Virus record (IMG/VR): IMGVR_UViG_3300023281_000775
Coordinates: 1-47,347 of that record
DNA length: 47,347 nt
Origin: a virus
Direction: 5' to 3' (one strand)
The position numbers and the translations under genes are program-made. Of this stretch, positions 34,420-43,333 are shown piece after piece. Every line of letters begins with the position of its first letter. The stretch's first letter is position 1. The notes under the pieces were generated by a model that saw only the letters and a list, made by a program, of their open reading frames with translations, was not told where the DNA came from and searched no databases.

Positions 34420-35013
34420 ATGTCAGAAACTGAAAAACCACCGTTTCGCCCGATCATCTGTATCGACTTTGACGGCGTACTACACTCGTATACCAGCGGT
34501 TGGAAAGGTGTAGGCGTGATACCCGACGCGCCCGTGCCTGGGGCTATCGAGTGGCTTACGAGTATTATCCCGGAAGCGGCCGACGTAGATATGCCCGGCG
34601 AAGTGCAACCCTGCATATATTCGTCAAGGTCGAGGGAACCGCGAGGCATCGCCGCGATGAAAACCTGGCTAATGGATAACGGGTTCCCTAAACAGCATAT
34701 ACAAGACGGGGCGCTAGGGTTCCCGCTCCAAAAACCGTCCGCGTTTTTGACTATCGACGACCGGGCGATGTGTTTCGACGGACACTTCCCAACCATAGAA
34801 ACGATGCGAGATTTTAAGCCTTGGTATAAAAAGGAAAGCGTGCTCGAGACTTTCCCGCCGTCGCTTAAGGCGACGCTCGCCGAATTTTTGGGGGAACTAA
34901 AGTGCGTACAACCAAGCCCCCACGCCACGTTATTAGCCGCTTTGGGTAACCGTCTTTATTGTGACTTGCACCAACTCGAAGACAATCTCGCCAGTATCTC
35001 GGAAACTATTTAA
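34420..35013 (+). CDS. HAD-superfamily phosphatase (5'-deoxynucleotidase/PNK-phosphatase-like)
   Basis: Motif I IICIDFDGVLH near the N-terminus and a later acidic motif LTIDDRA. Confidence 0.6.
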   Translation: MSETEKPPFRPIICIDFDGVLHSYTSGWKGVGVIPDAPVPGAIEWLTSIIPEAADVDMPGEVQPCIYSSRSREPRGIAAMKTWLMDNGFPKQHIQDGALGFPLQKPSAFLTIDDRAMCFDGHFPTIETMRDFKPWYKKESVLETFPPSLKATLAEFLGELKCVQPSPHATLLAALGNRLYCDLHQLEDNLASISETI

Positions 35014-35014
35014 A

Positions 35015-35188
35015 ATGGCCGTCACACCGTTAGAACACCAACGCATTAAAAAACTGGTTATCGATAAAAACCCGACGCGGTCTTTTATCGAAGACTTTAA
35101 CCGTATCCTGGGCTCGGACCCAAAGACAATCGAGCAGTACAACGAAGCCCGCAAAAAGGCATTGACACCGCGAGATACACACCGCTAA
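35015..35188 (+). CDS. Hypothetical protein
   Basis: 57 aa from ATG 35015, one nt after the preceding stop; shorter than the track ORF 34961-35188. Confidence 0.45.
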   Translation: MAVTPLEHQRIKKLVIDKNPTRSFIEDFNRILGSDPKTIEQYNEARKKALTPRDTHR

Positions 35189-35196
35189 TATTGTTG

Positions 35197-35224
35197 TGTA
35201 ACACGTAACCCGTAACCCGTAAAT
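35197..35224 (+). repeat. Four tandem heptads TGTAACA CGTAACC CGTAACC CGTAAAT upstream of the SSB-like gene
   Basis: Read directly. The array ends 15 nt before ATG 35240. Confidence 0.8.
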
Positions 35225-35239
35225 CGATAGGAAAAAATT

Positions 35240-35965
35240 ATGTCTGGTGAGACCTTTTTTATGTTGGCTAACGTTCGCGTATCCTTCCCACACTTGTTTG
35301 TTAAACCCACTATTAACGGAGAGCTGGGGAAGTACGGCGCTAATTTTTTATTCGACATTGCCAACGACCCTAAGCATAGACAGACGGTCGTTAATATGAT
35401 GAATCACGGTAAAACTCTAGTAGCCGGTAAACTCAACGGCGCTCGTATACCCGATGAAAAATGGTGTTTACGTGAGGGTAAGAAAACCTCGCGACCCGAA
35501 TACGACCCATTTTGGATTCTAAGCACAAACACTGGCAATAAACCCGTTGTGTTGGATCGGACGAACCCAAAGTTACGCATAATGGAAGCTGAGAATTGTC
35601 CTATTTACAGCGGTTGCCGTGTCAACGCTAAGGTTAGAATGTGGGCACAAGATAATAAATTCGGAAAGCGTATTAATGGCGAGCTTATCGCGATACAGTT
35701 TTTCGCCGACGACAAGCCGCTCGACGGAACGTACATCGACCCTGAAACGGCCGTCGAAGGCTTCGAGGGCTTCGACCAAACAGCCGACGGCTTCGGCGAC
35801 GGCTTCGGCGGCGACCTGGCGCTCGGTGCTGATCTGGGACCCAGTAACCCGCTCGGCGACCCGGGACTCGGCCTAGACGACCCAATGGCCGGGCTTGAAC
35901 TGGACTTAGGTGTACCCCCGGCTCAAAGCGCCGCCGACATCTTAGCGGAACTCGGCCTCGGTTAA
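35240..35965 (+). CDS. ssDNA-binding protein (DUF2815-like) with Gly/Asp-rich acidic tail
   Basis: FMLANVRVSFPHLFVKPTINGELGKYGANFLFD resembles DUF2815. The C-terminal tail is DGFGDGFGGDLALGADLG...ILAELGLG. It lies between the DUF2800-like nuclease and PolA, as in the known module. Confidence 0.7.
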   Translation: MSGETFFMLANVRVSFPHLFVKPTINGELGKYGANFLFDIANDPKHRQTVVNMMNHGKTLVAGKLNGARIPDEKWCLREGKKTSRPEYDPFWILSTNTGNKPVVLDRTNPKLRIMEAENCPIYSGCRVNAKVRMWAQDNKFGKRINGELIAIQFFADDKPLDGTYIDPETAVEGFEGFDQTADGFGDGFGGDLALGADLGPSNPLGDPGLGLDDPMAGLELDLGVPPAQSAADILAELGLG

Positions 35966-35991
35966 GGTAGTATTATTAATTCCCCTTGCTT

Positions 35992-36015
35992 GGTCGGGTT
36001 TTCTCGGCCTTTTTT
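35992..36015 (+). terminator. Candidate intrinsic terminator after the SSB-like gene
   Basis: GGTCGGG-TTTT-CTCGGCC (7-bp stem with two G-T pairs) followed by TTTTTT. Confidence 0.5.
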
Positions 36016-36029
36016 ATGGACAATACATT

Positions 36030-36263
36030 ATGGCAAAAGTGACGATAGTGCTCGAAGACACTCCCGACGATACCGTGTCGCTCGACCTGAAAATGGAAGG
36101 CGAAAAAGACCACGTAACCGTAGGTTCGCTAACCTTGGCTCAAATTTTCGGACTACTCATAGAATCCAATGGGCCGTTAATAATGGTAACGGCGCAACTC
36201 CGGCAAGCCCACATTAAAAACTGTGAGACGTGCAGAAATGATAGTAAACCGACCACACATTAG
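36030..36263 (+). CDS. Hypothetical protein
   Basis: 77-aa ORF with no clear SD; overlaps the PolA start by 26 nt. Confidence 0.4.
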   Translation: MAKVTIVLEDTPDDTVSLDLKMEGEKDHVTVGSLTLAQIFGLLIESNGPLIMVTAQLRQAHIKNCETCRNDSKPTTH

Positions 36264-38202
36264 CCACGACTACGAGACGTATAGCGACGTAAGCCTCGAG
36301 GACGTGGGCGCGTGGGCGTACTCCCAGCACCCATCGACCGAGGTGATAAGCTGGGCGATTAAGGTCGAAGACGATAAGCCCAGTTTATGGCTACCATGGG
36401 AGCCCTTACCGGAGACGGCACGAAAGACTAAGGATTACGTGTGGTTCGCGTTCAATGCCTTTTTCGAGTATGCGATATGGGTTAACGTGTTGAAGCTCCC
36501 ACCCCCACCCATAGAAAACATACAGTGTACGCGCTCCCTCGCCTTGGCTCTCGCGCTCCCGCCTACCTTGGCCGAGTGCGGCGAGGTGTTAGGGCTCCCC
36601 GACCACTTAATCAAAGACCCGCGAGGCAAGGAATTAATAGACCTGCTATGCAAGCCTCAAAAGGACGGGAGCCGGAACCGAGACACGAACCTCCTCGACG
36701 AGTTTTACGAATACAATCTACAAGACACGATTGCGGAACACGCCGTTAAAAAGTTATGCCGTCCATTAATTCCCAGTGAGCGCGAAGTGTGGGAGGTCGA
36801 TTTCAAGATGAATATTCGCGGGATCCCGATAGACGTCGACTTGTTAACGTGTGCCTCCCAGGTTTACCGCGACACGAAAGGCCCGTTAAAACAAAAGTTA
36901 AAAGAATTAACCGGACTCGATAACCCAAACAGCGGCAAACAGTTTAGTGAGTGGCTAGCCGGTAAAGGCTTCGAGTTACCCAATTTACAAAAGCCCACCG
37001 TCGAGGCGCTTATCGCGGACCTCGAAGACGCCGGGGATACTGAACTCGTTAAAATACTACGCTGGCGTTCCGCGTTGGCCCGGACTCCGTTAACCAAGTA
37101 CGAGAAAACTATCCCTAAGCTGGGAAACGACGGTCGGTACCACGGGGGTATGACCTACCACAAAGCCACCCCCGGCCGTTGGTCGTCGACGGGCGTTAAC
37201 TTTCAAAACCTCAACCGGCCAACCTTGACGGAAGCCGAAATCGATACCTGTATACGAGCGCTTAAGACCGCGTCGGCCGAGTTTATCGGAACCTTATACG
37301 ATGACCCTATCGAGGCTATGTCGTCGTGTCTCCGGGGTATGGTGAGGGCGTCGCCTGGGCATAATCTATGCGTCGCGGATTACAGCTCTATCGAATCTCG
37401 CGTGCTCGCCTGGCTGGCGGGACAACTCGATAAAATACGCGTATTCGAGACTCACGGCAAAGTGTACGAGCACGCGGCGTGCCAAATTTTCGGAATGAAA
37501 GACGTAGACACCGTCAGCGTTATGCAACGCTCGGCCGGTAAGGTATTGGAGTTAGCGTGCGGGTATCAAGGCGCCTACCGGGCCGTGCTGGGTATGGCAG
37601 TAAGCAACCGGATAGATTTACAGACGACGGCTCAATCCTTGGCCGGGATAGACGCGACCCCCTTCGCTAAAAAAATCGTCGCAAAGTGGAGGCAAGCCAA
37701 CGACAAGATAGAAAAATTATGGTACGACACCGACCGGGCCGCGATTAGGGCCGTACTCGAGCCGGGGACCGTTCAGCGTGTTAATAAACACCTCGCGTTC
37801 AAGAAAATCCCCGGTATGTTGCTAATGCAATTGCCCAGCGGTAGACAGCTATCGTTTTTCAACCCCAAGATAACCGACGGATCCCACGGCCCCCAGGTAA
37901 CCTATTGGTGTATCAATTCTAAGACCCACAAGTGGAGTAAAAAACACGGCTACGGCGGCGATTTCGTCCAAAGTGCGACCCAAGGCACGGCCCGCGATAT
38001 TATGGCCAGTGCGTTGCTGCGTATCGACGCGGCGGGTTTTCCTATCGTGTTACTGATACACGACGAGATAGCGACCGAAGTCCCCGAAGAGTGGAACGAC
38101 GCCTTAGACAGGCTTATCGCGCTAATGTGTGCGGGGGAACCTTGGGCAAAAAGCCTACCGATCAACGCGACCGGGTACTTGGGAAAATTGTACAAAAAAT
38201 AG
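36238..38202 (+). CDS. Family A DNA polymerase with 3'-5' exonuclease domain
   Basis: Exo I HDYETYSD, Exo II FNAFFEYAIW, Exo III YNLQDTIAEHA; motif A CVADYSSIESRVLAW, motif B RSAGKVLELACGYQGA, motif C LLIHDEIATE. Confidence 0.9.
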   Translation: MIVNRPHISHDYETYSDVSLEDVGAWAYSQHPSTEVISWAIKVEDDKPSLWLPWEPLPETARKTKDYVWFAFNAFFEYAIWVNVLKLPPPPIENIQCTRSLALALALPPTLAECGEVLGLPDHLIKDPRGKELIDLLCKPQKDGSRNRDTNLLDEFYEYNLQDTIAEHAVKKLCRPLIPSEREVWEVDFKMNIRGIPIDVDLLTCASQVYRDTKGPLKQKLKELTGLDNPNSGKQFSEWLAGKGFELPNLQKPTVEALIADLEDAGDTELVKILRWRSALARTPLTKYEKTIPKLGNDGRYHGGMTYHKATPGRWSSTGVNFQNLNRPTLTEAEIDTCIRALKTASAEFIGTLYDDPIEAMSSCLRGMVRASPGHNLCVADYSSIESRVLAWLAGQLDKIRVFETHGKVYEHAACQIFGMKDVDTVSVMQRSAGKVLELACGYQGAYRAVLGMAVSNRIDLQTTAQSLAGIDATPFAKKIVAKWRQANDKIEKLWYDTDRAAIRAVLEPGTVQRVNKHLAFKKIPGMLLMQLPSGRQLSFFNPKITDGSHGPQVTYWCINSKTHKWSKKHGYGGDFVQSATQGTARDIMASALLRIDAAGFPIVLLIHDEIATEVPEEWNDALDRLIALMCAGEPWAKSLPINATGYLGKLYKK

Positions 38203-38228
38203 GTGAAAGGTTAAAAAATAGGTTATTT

Positions 38229-38405
38229 ATGAAAAACTGCAAATATTGTAGCAAAAATCTAATGCTTACGAATTACAACTATTACCCCATTAGAAAGGCC
38301 GTGAAGCCCCCAGAATGGCCGCTTAGGTTTGTGAAAATCGGTTATTGCTGTGTTACCTGTAAGGGAGACGGACAACCGACGACAATCGACGAGTACCCAC
38401 GGTAA
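38229..38405 (+). CDS. Small zinc-ribbon protein
   Basis: 58 aa from ATG 38229, with CKYC...CCVTC cysteine pairs. Confidence 0.45.
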   Translation: MKNCKYCSKNLMLTNYNYYPIRKAVKPPEWPLRFVKIGYCCVTCKGDGQPTTIDEYPR

Positions 38406-38416
38406 CATCCTGTTTG

Positions 38417-38445
38417 TTGCGCGGCACGTACTTTTGTGGTGTAAT
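38417..38445 (+). promoter_or_regulatory. Candidate internal promoter (TTGCGC-17 nt-TGTAAT with TGn)
   Basis: ttgcgcggcacgtacttttgTGgTGTAAT. It has the same TTGCGCG...GTGGT frame as 31233-31261 and lies in a 178-nt gap upstream of the exonuclease gene. Confidence 0.45.
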
Positions 38446-38583
38446 GGGGTCTATCATTAGCGGGGGGTAGATAACGTGGAAATAGTACTGATTGAAACCG
38501 TAACGGTCGGAAATCTGGTAGCGCTTTTAATAGGCTTTGCCATTCCGTACATTTTTGTGTCCATTTTTAAATAAGGAAGATAA

Positions 38584-39176
38584 ATGCAACACGTAATGAT
38601 TGACCTCGAAACACTGGGGACGACTCCCGACGCCCCGATTATCGCTATCGGTGCGGTTAACTTTGATATCCGAACCGGGAAAACTGGGCCGGATATCAAA
38701 GTTAACCGCACCGATAGCGATAATCGGGGCGTCGTATTAAAGGCGATACGCTCAAATGGTGGATAAAGCAAAGCGCGGAAGCGAAGGCCGAAGTATTGGA
38801 CCCGACCAACGAAACATCACTCGTTGACGCTTTGCGGAATTTGTACGTGTGGTTTACCGAACTCGGACCGGGAGATATTTACGTATGGGGTAACGGTTCC
38901 ACGTTTGATATATCAATGCTCGAGCACGCGTTTGTGCAACTCGGTTTACATATCCCGTGGAAATATTACAACATACGTGACTGTAGAACGATCCAAATGC
39001 TAGCCGAGGACTTAATCGACCGTAACGACGTGAAGTTCGAAGGCGAGAAGCATAACGCGCTACACGACGCCCGTTGGCAGGCGGCCTACACGTCGGCTAT
39101 GTGGGTGGCTATTAAACACTTTACCCCGACCCTAATCGGAGACTCTGAAGATGGCTACAAGGAAATTTTTGGTTGA
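38584..39176 (+). pseudogene. DEDD-type 3'-5' exonuclease (Rv2179c/KapD-like) interrupted by a 1-nt frameshift at a G4 run
   Basis: Frame 1 gives MQHVMIDLETLGTTPDAPIIAIGAV...DSDNRG, then stops at 38764-38766. The -1 frame is open from 38724 and gives RRIKGDTLKWWIKQSAEAKAEVL...VWGNGSTFDISML...HNALHDARWQA. One extra G in GGGG (38726-38729) would give a continuous 197-aa protein. Confidence 0.75.
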
Positions 39177-39318
39177 GATATCGGAAGACGCTATCTATAA
39201 GGTCGACGCGGCCCACGTTAACCGGCAAACATTTAATAAACACATACGTGTGGAGTTGCAAGCCTCCGGCGGTGTGTACGGCCCGGGCGATTGCAACTCC
39301 GGATATTTAATAACGTGA
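39151..39318 (+). CDS. Possible small ORF (55 aa)
   Basis: ATG 39151 to TGA 39316-39318 fills an otherwise 173-nt gap; below the track cutoff and with no clear SD. Confidence 0.3.
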   Translation: MATRKFLVEISEDAIYKVDAAHVNRQTFNKHIRVELQASGGVYGPGDCNSGYLIT

Positions 39319-39349
39319 AAGTTACACCGTTAGACGACGAGGGTTAAAA

Positions 39350-39640
39350 ATGTGCCTGCTAAATTTAACCCAGTATTGCGCCGATTGTGGGGGTTGGTTT
39401 GACAAGGATAGTCGCAAGCTGAAAAGGGAATTACGCCAGACTGCCAATGGCGATTTTTTGGATATTATTTTTTGCCCTGAATGCAATCCGGGGCAAGAAT
39501 TAAAGGACGCGGCCGAGTATGGGATACAGACACCCTATCAAAAGGCGATTTGTACCGTCATAGCGGGCGAAATACTGATGTATGAGGAACGCATCGAATA
39601 CATGAAGGAACGCATACGCCGCTACGGTGGAGAGACCTAA
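39350..39640 (+). CDS. Zinc-ribbon protein
   Basis: 96 aa with CADC...CPEC pairs and GAGGG upstream. Confidence 0.55.
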   Translation: MCLLNLTQYCADCGGWFDKDSRKLKRELRQTANGDFLDIIFCPECNPGQELKDAAEYGIQTPYQKAICTVIAGEILMYEERIEYMKERIRRYGGET

Positions 39641-39653
39641 AAGAGGTACAGCA

Positions 39654-39818
39654 ATGCGAGTAGTTAAAAAGTTCGATTTTCTACGCTGGCGGGTTTACGA
39701 ACACGCGCTTACGAATAACGTCGAGTGTAAAACGCTTTTCGGTTTTAGATTCTATCGACGCGTGGGTAATATCGTTAGCTGGTTTGGGATATTCAATTTT
39801 GTCGAGGTACCCAAGTGA
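39654..39818 (+). CDS. Hypothetical protein
   Basis: 54 aa from ATG 39654, preceded by AAGAGG; shorter than the track ORF. Confidence 0.45.
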   Translation: MRVVKKFDFLRWRVYEHALTNNVECKTLFGFRFYRRVGNIVSWFGIFNFVEVPK

Positions 39819-40606
39819 TGGTTAACACCCCCGGAGGCGCCGCAAGCGGGATCCGCAGAGACGAGAACGGGGTAGCTCACATAGTCCCCGTTTCTGGCGG
39901 TAAGGATTCTACCTGCTTAGCGTTAGCGTTAAACGTCAAGGAACCCAGGCCCTACAATTATATTTATACGCCTACTGGCGACGAACTTCCGGAGATGGAA
40001 AAACACATAAGTAAGCTAGAGAATCTTCTAGGCCAACGCATAATAAAATTAGCTAACGGCACACTAGAGAGCCAAATAGATGCTAATAATATGCTCCCTA
40101 ACGTGTTCGCGAGGTGGTGTACAAGGTTACTCAAACTAAAGCCGGCCGGGGAGTTCTACACGGAAAACGCCCCCGTTGTGTGTTACGTAGGCATACGAGA
40201 CGACGAGGACGAGAGAGAAGGATTAAGGCCCGGAGGTTGCGGCGTGGCCAAAGACTTACAAGTTATACAAGACTTTCCTTTCCAGCGTTGGGGGTGGGGG
40301 ATAGACGAGGTTTTGTGGTATCTCAGCATTCTAGGCGTGGATGTACCCGAGCGCACCGACTGTGCTAGATGCCCTTATCAACGGCTTGGCGAGTGGTATA
40401 ACTTGTATATACGACACCCCGAGATATATGCGTCGGCGGAGTGGGACGAGACAAAGTTCGGGCACACCTACCGGTCGCCAGGACGGGACACTTGGCCCGC
40501 GAGTCTTAAAGAATTACGCGAGTGTTTTGAATCGGGAAAAATACCAACGAGAAGTTTAAATATGATGGATAAACGGAAAAATATGTGTAGGGTGTGCTCA
40601 CTATGA
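39818..40606 (+). CDS. PAPS-reductase-family PP-loop enzyme (DndC/CysH-like fold), substrate unknown
   Basis: PP-loop IVPVSGGKDSTCLALAL followed by YTPTGDELPEM. C-terminal cysteine pairs are DCARCPYQ and MCRVCSL. Confidence 0.7.
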   Translation: MVNTPGGAASGIRRDENGVAHIVPVSGGKDSTCLALALNVKEPRPYNYIYTPTGDELPEMEKHISKLENLLGQRIIKLANGTLESQIDANNMLPNVFARWCTRLLKLKPAGEFYTENAPVVCYVGIRDDEDEREGLRPGGCGVAKDLQVIQDFPFQRWGWGIDEVLWYLSILGVDVPERTDCARCPYQRLGEWYNLYIRHPEIYASAEWDETKFGHTYRSPGRDTWPASLKELRECFESGKIPTRSLNMMDKRKNMCRVCSL

Positions 40607-40794
40607 TTAAATCTTTCGAACAAGCTCAAAAAGTACAAGCTAGACGCGTTCTCCGTGGTCAAATCGGCCACAGTAAAGCCGTTCGCCGGTACATTAAACG
40701 CGATAAAAATTTGCGTTTTGTCGACGATTACGAGATGTATCTAACCGATAAATGGGCGTTACCTCATATGGGAAATTTCGGTGATGGCAGGTAA
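40603..40794 (+). CDS. Small basic hypothetical protein
   Basis: 63 aa; its ATG overlaps the upstream TGA as ATGA. Confidence 0.45.
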   Translation: MIKSFEQAQKVQARRVLRGQIGHSKAVRRYIKRDKNLRFVDDYEMYLTDKWALPHMGNFGDGR

Positions 40795-41122
40795 AATACC
40801 AGGGTTTAATTTTCCCGATAAAGACGACCCGCTCGAGAAAGTAATCGAGCGGGAAGTCGGGGCCTATGCGAAGTCGCGGGGCTGGTACGTCTCTAAGTGG
40901 AAGTCGGAAAACAATCGGGGCGTCCTCGACAAAATTTTTATCAACAAACACGGCCTCGTATTGTTTATCGAATTTAAACGAAAAGGCAAAAAACCGACCG
41001 AGCTACAAACTGAATGTATCGACGAGCTGGAAAAACGGGATTGTCTAACGCGGGTTATCGACGACATAGACAAAGGGAAAAAACTAATTGACGCGTACGA
41101 CTCATACGCCGAGTGGGGGTAG
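40784..41122 (+). CDS. VRR-NUC domain nuclease
   Basis: NRGVLDKIFINKHGLVLFIEFKRKGKKPTELQ matches the D...E.K PD-(D/E)XK core of VRR-NUC. Confidence 0.7.
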   Translation: MAGKIPGFNFPDKDDPLEKVIEREVGAYAKSRGWYVSKWKSENNRGVLDKIFINKHGLVLFIEFKRKGKKPTELQTECIDELEKRDCLTRVIDDIDKGKKLIDAYDSYAEWG

Positions 41123-41124
41123 GA

Positions 41125-41541
41125 ATGAAAATTGAATTTACGGCGATAAAAGAACCGGATCCGGTCGGGCCATCGGCTAACACACTGCTAACGTATAACG
41201 GCGACCGCCCAAAGTACGATTTAATGTTTGAGGGAGTGTGGAACGCCCCAGGTAAAGAATTCTTGGAAGCGGGTTATAAGAATTTAGTACCCTGGGGACA
41301 CGACCCAATCGACGGCGACCTCGATGTGTACACCGACGACTTAACGAGTGATCTACCCGCCCGAGGTGTTTGGGATATCGTCGCACTTGGTAAAGTTAAC
41401 GGCGAAACCTATTGGACAGATTGTGGTTATGAGCATGATATGTGGGTCGAATGGACGATTATATCGGCGAATAAGTTCCCGTCGTTTGGTGATCTTAAAC
41501 ATTGGTTTAAAAAGTGGAAAAAAGACAATGACACTGATTAA
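41125..41541 (+). CDS. Hypothetical protein
   Basis: 138 aa from ATG 41125, after GGGGTAGGA. Confidence 0.55.
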   Translation: MKIEFTAIKEPDPVGPSANTLLTYNGDRPKYDLMFEGVWNAPGKEFLEAGYKNLVPWGHDPIDGDLDVYTDDLTSDLPARGVWDIVALGKVNGETYWTDCGYEHDMWVEWTIISANKFPSFGDLKHWFKKWKKDNDTD

Positions 41542-41716
41542 ATTTTTACTACCTGGGTTGGTGTCCCTCGGGTTAATCACACTCGTGGGCCTTTCCATTA
41601 TCGGGCAAAACTCCGAGGTATTCGTTATCGGAGCTATCGTGGGCGCTTTTATTCAATTCTGGCTACAATCATTTTTCCCGTTTGTGGTTAAAGTCCTCGA
41701 TACTATTTTCGACTAA
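41528..41716 (+). CDS. Small membrane protein
   Basis: 62 aa from ATG 41528: MTLIKFLLPGLVSLGLITLVGLSIIG...VIGAIVGAFIQFWLQSFFPFVV. The longer track ORF (41348) overlaps the previous gene. Confidence 0.5.
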   Translation: MTLIKFLLPGLVSLGLITLVGLSIIGQNSEVFVIGAIVGAFIQFWLQSFFPFVVKVLDTIFD

Positions 41717-41724
41717 GGATAGCT

Positions 41725-43092
41725 ATGCTAAATCGTAAAGACTTGCACGCCTTTCAATCCGAGAAAATGGTACCACACATTATCAATAACCCTAAGTGTG
41801 CGTTATACGTCGACATGGGACTCGGCAAGACGGCCTCGACCTTGACGGCTATCTCGGATTTGTTCGACGATTTCGATATCGCTCGCGTCCTGATCATAGC
41901 GCCGCTCCGCGTGGCGCTGAACACTTGGCCGGACGAGCTAGAAAACTGGGGCCACACAAAACATTTAACCTACGCGCAATTGGCGGGCCTACCCTCTCGG
42001 GAGCGTAAAGCGGTATGCCTGCAAGACACCTCACAAATTCATATTATTAATGTAGATTTGGTGGCGTGGCTTGTCGAGTTCGTTAATAAAAAGTGGCCCT
42101 ATGATATGGTGGTGATCGACGAGGCGAGCCTATTTAAAGCGAGTAGTAGTAAGCGGTTTAAATACCTTGTCATGGTGTTGCACGCCGTCGGTATCCGTCG
42201 AATCGTCCAGCTAACCGGAACCCCGACGAGTAACGGCTTACTTGATCTATGGTCCCAGGTCTACTTACTCGATACCGGTAAGCGTCTCGGGTACTCGGCG
42301 AAAACCTACCGCGACCGGTATTTCGACCATAACGTGTATGAGAAAAAATGGGAGGTTAGGAAGGAAGCCGAGGAGGTTATACACGGCAGGTTAAAAGACT
42401 TGTGTCTCCGGTTGGATGCTAACGACTACCTTAAGATGCCCGACAAAATCGTTAACGACATATTCGTGGATATGCCCGAGGAACATCGGGACCTATACGA
42501 CGAGCTTAAGCGAAAATTTTTAATTGAAATCGAAGGCGAAAAGGTTGTCGCCGCGTTCGCCGCTTCACTGACAAATAAGCTTTTACAATTTTGTAACGGT
42601 GCGGTGTACGTAGACGATACCGGGCGCTATAAAAAGATTCACGATAAAAAGCTCGAGGCCCTAGACGACATTATCGAAGAGGCCGCTGGCGAGCCGGTTC
42701 TCGTCGCCTACCAATACAAAAGCGATAAGGAACGCATACTTAAAAGGTACAAAAACGCGGTAGCCTTGGATAAAGACCCGGAGACCATAAAGCGCTGGAA
42801 CGCGGGGAAAATCGACATACTCGTCGCGCATCCCGCGAGCGCGGGACACGGCCTTAACCTACAACACGGGGGGCATATTATGGTCTGGTTTGGCCTTACG
42901 TGGTCGCTCGAGCTGTACCTACAGTTTATCGCGAGGCTGTTTAGGCAAGGTCAAACGAGACCCGTAATCATACATAGAATTATGATGATAAATTCTATCG
43001 AGGCGATTGTCGCGGCCGCGCTAAACCGTAAATTTAAAACGCAATACGATTTATTAAACGCACTAAGAAAAACTGTGAGGGGGTTCGATTGA
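41725..43092 (+). CDS. SNF2-family (SF2) helicase/translocase
   Basis: Motif I DMGLGKT, motif II VIDEAS, motif III LTGTP, motif VI QFIARLFRQGQTRPV. Confidence 0.9.
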   Translation: MLNRKDLHAFQSEKMVPHIINNPKCALYVDMGLGKTASTLTAISDLFDDFDIARVLIIAPLRVALNTWPDELENWGHTKHLTYAQLAGLPSRERKAVCLQDTSQIHIINVDLVAWLVEFVNKKWPYDMVVIDEASLFKASSSKRFKYLVMVLHAVGIRRIVQLTGTPTSNGLLDLWSQVYLLDTGKRLGYSAKTYRDRYFDHNVYEKKWEVRKEAEEVIHGRLKDLCLRLDANDYLKMPDKIVNDIFVDMPEEHRDLYDELKRKFLIEIEGEKVVAAFAASLTNKLLQFCNGAVYVDDTGRYKKIHDKKLEALDDIIEEAAGEPVLVAYQYKSDKERILKRYKNAVALDKDPETIKRWNAGKIDILVAHPASAGHGLNLQHGGHIMVWFGLTWSLELYLQFIARLFRQGQTRPVIIHRIMMINSIEAIVAAALNRKFKTQYDLLNALRKTVRGFD

Positions 43093-43298
43093 AAGACATA
43101 AAACTGAATGAATCCGGTAGCGTAAGAATACCGGCGTATCTTGTCGTATTTTTAATAATGCTATCCGCCACTTTGGGCAATCTGTTAGGCATATGGATGA
43201 TTATAGAGCTTGATAGCTACCCTGGGGACGTGCTCGGGGCGTTTATAATAGCTGGATCTTTAACGACACTTTTTAAACTTAGAGACTATTACCTATGA
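43089..43298 (+). CDS. Small membrane protein
   Basis: 69 aa with two hydrophobic segments. The TTG start overlaps the helicase TGA (TTGA), so the start is uncertain. Confidence 0.4.
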   Translation: MKDIKLNESGSVRIPAYLVVFLIMLSATLGNLLGIWMIIELDSYPGDVLGAFIIAGSLTTLFKLRDYYL

Positions 43299-43333
43299 AT
43301 TTTCGAAACACATCAAAAAAGGACGGGTAAACC

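Noticed and set aside
34413-34928. 171-aa minus-strand ORF opposite the HAD phosphatase gene
   Set aside because: The plus-strand ORF carries the DxDGV HAD motif and fits the operon. The antisense ORF has no start context or motif.
35966-36029. Track ORF 35990-36217 (75 aa, Arg-rich) after the SSB gene
   Set aside because: It starts inside the terminator-like hairpin, is Arg-rich and low-complexity, and competes with the more protein-like 36030-36263 ORF.
38406-38583. tRNA or structured ncRNA in the 178-nt gap upstream of the exonuclease gene
   Set aside because: I could not build an acceptor stem or a GTTCGAATC-type T-arm on either strand. The gap is better explained by a promoter and leader.
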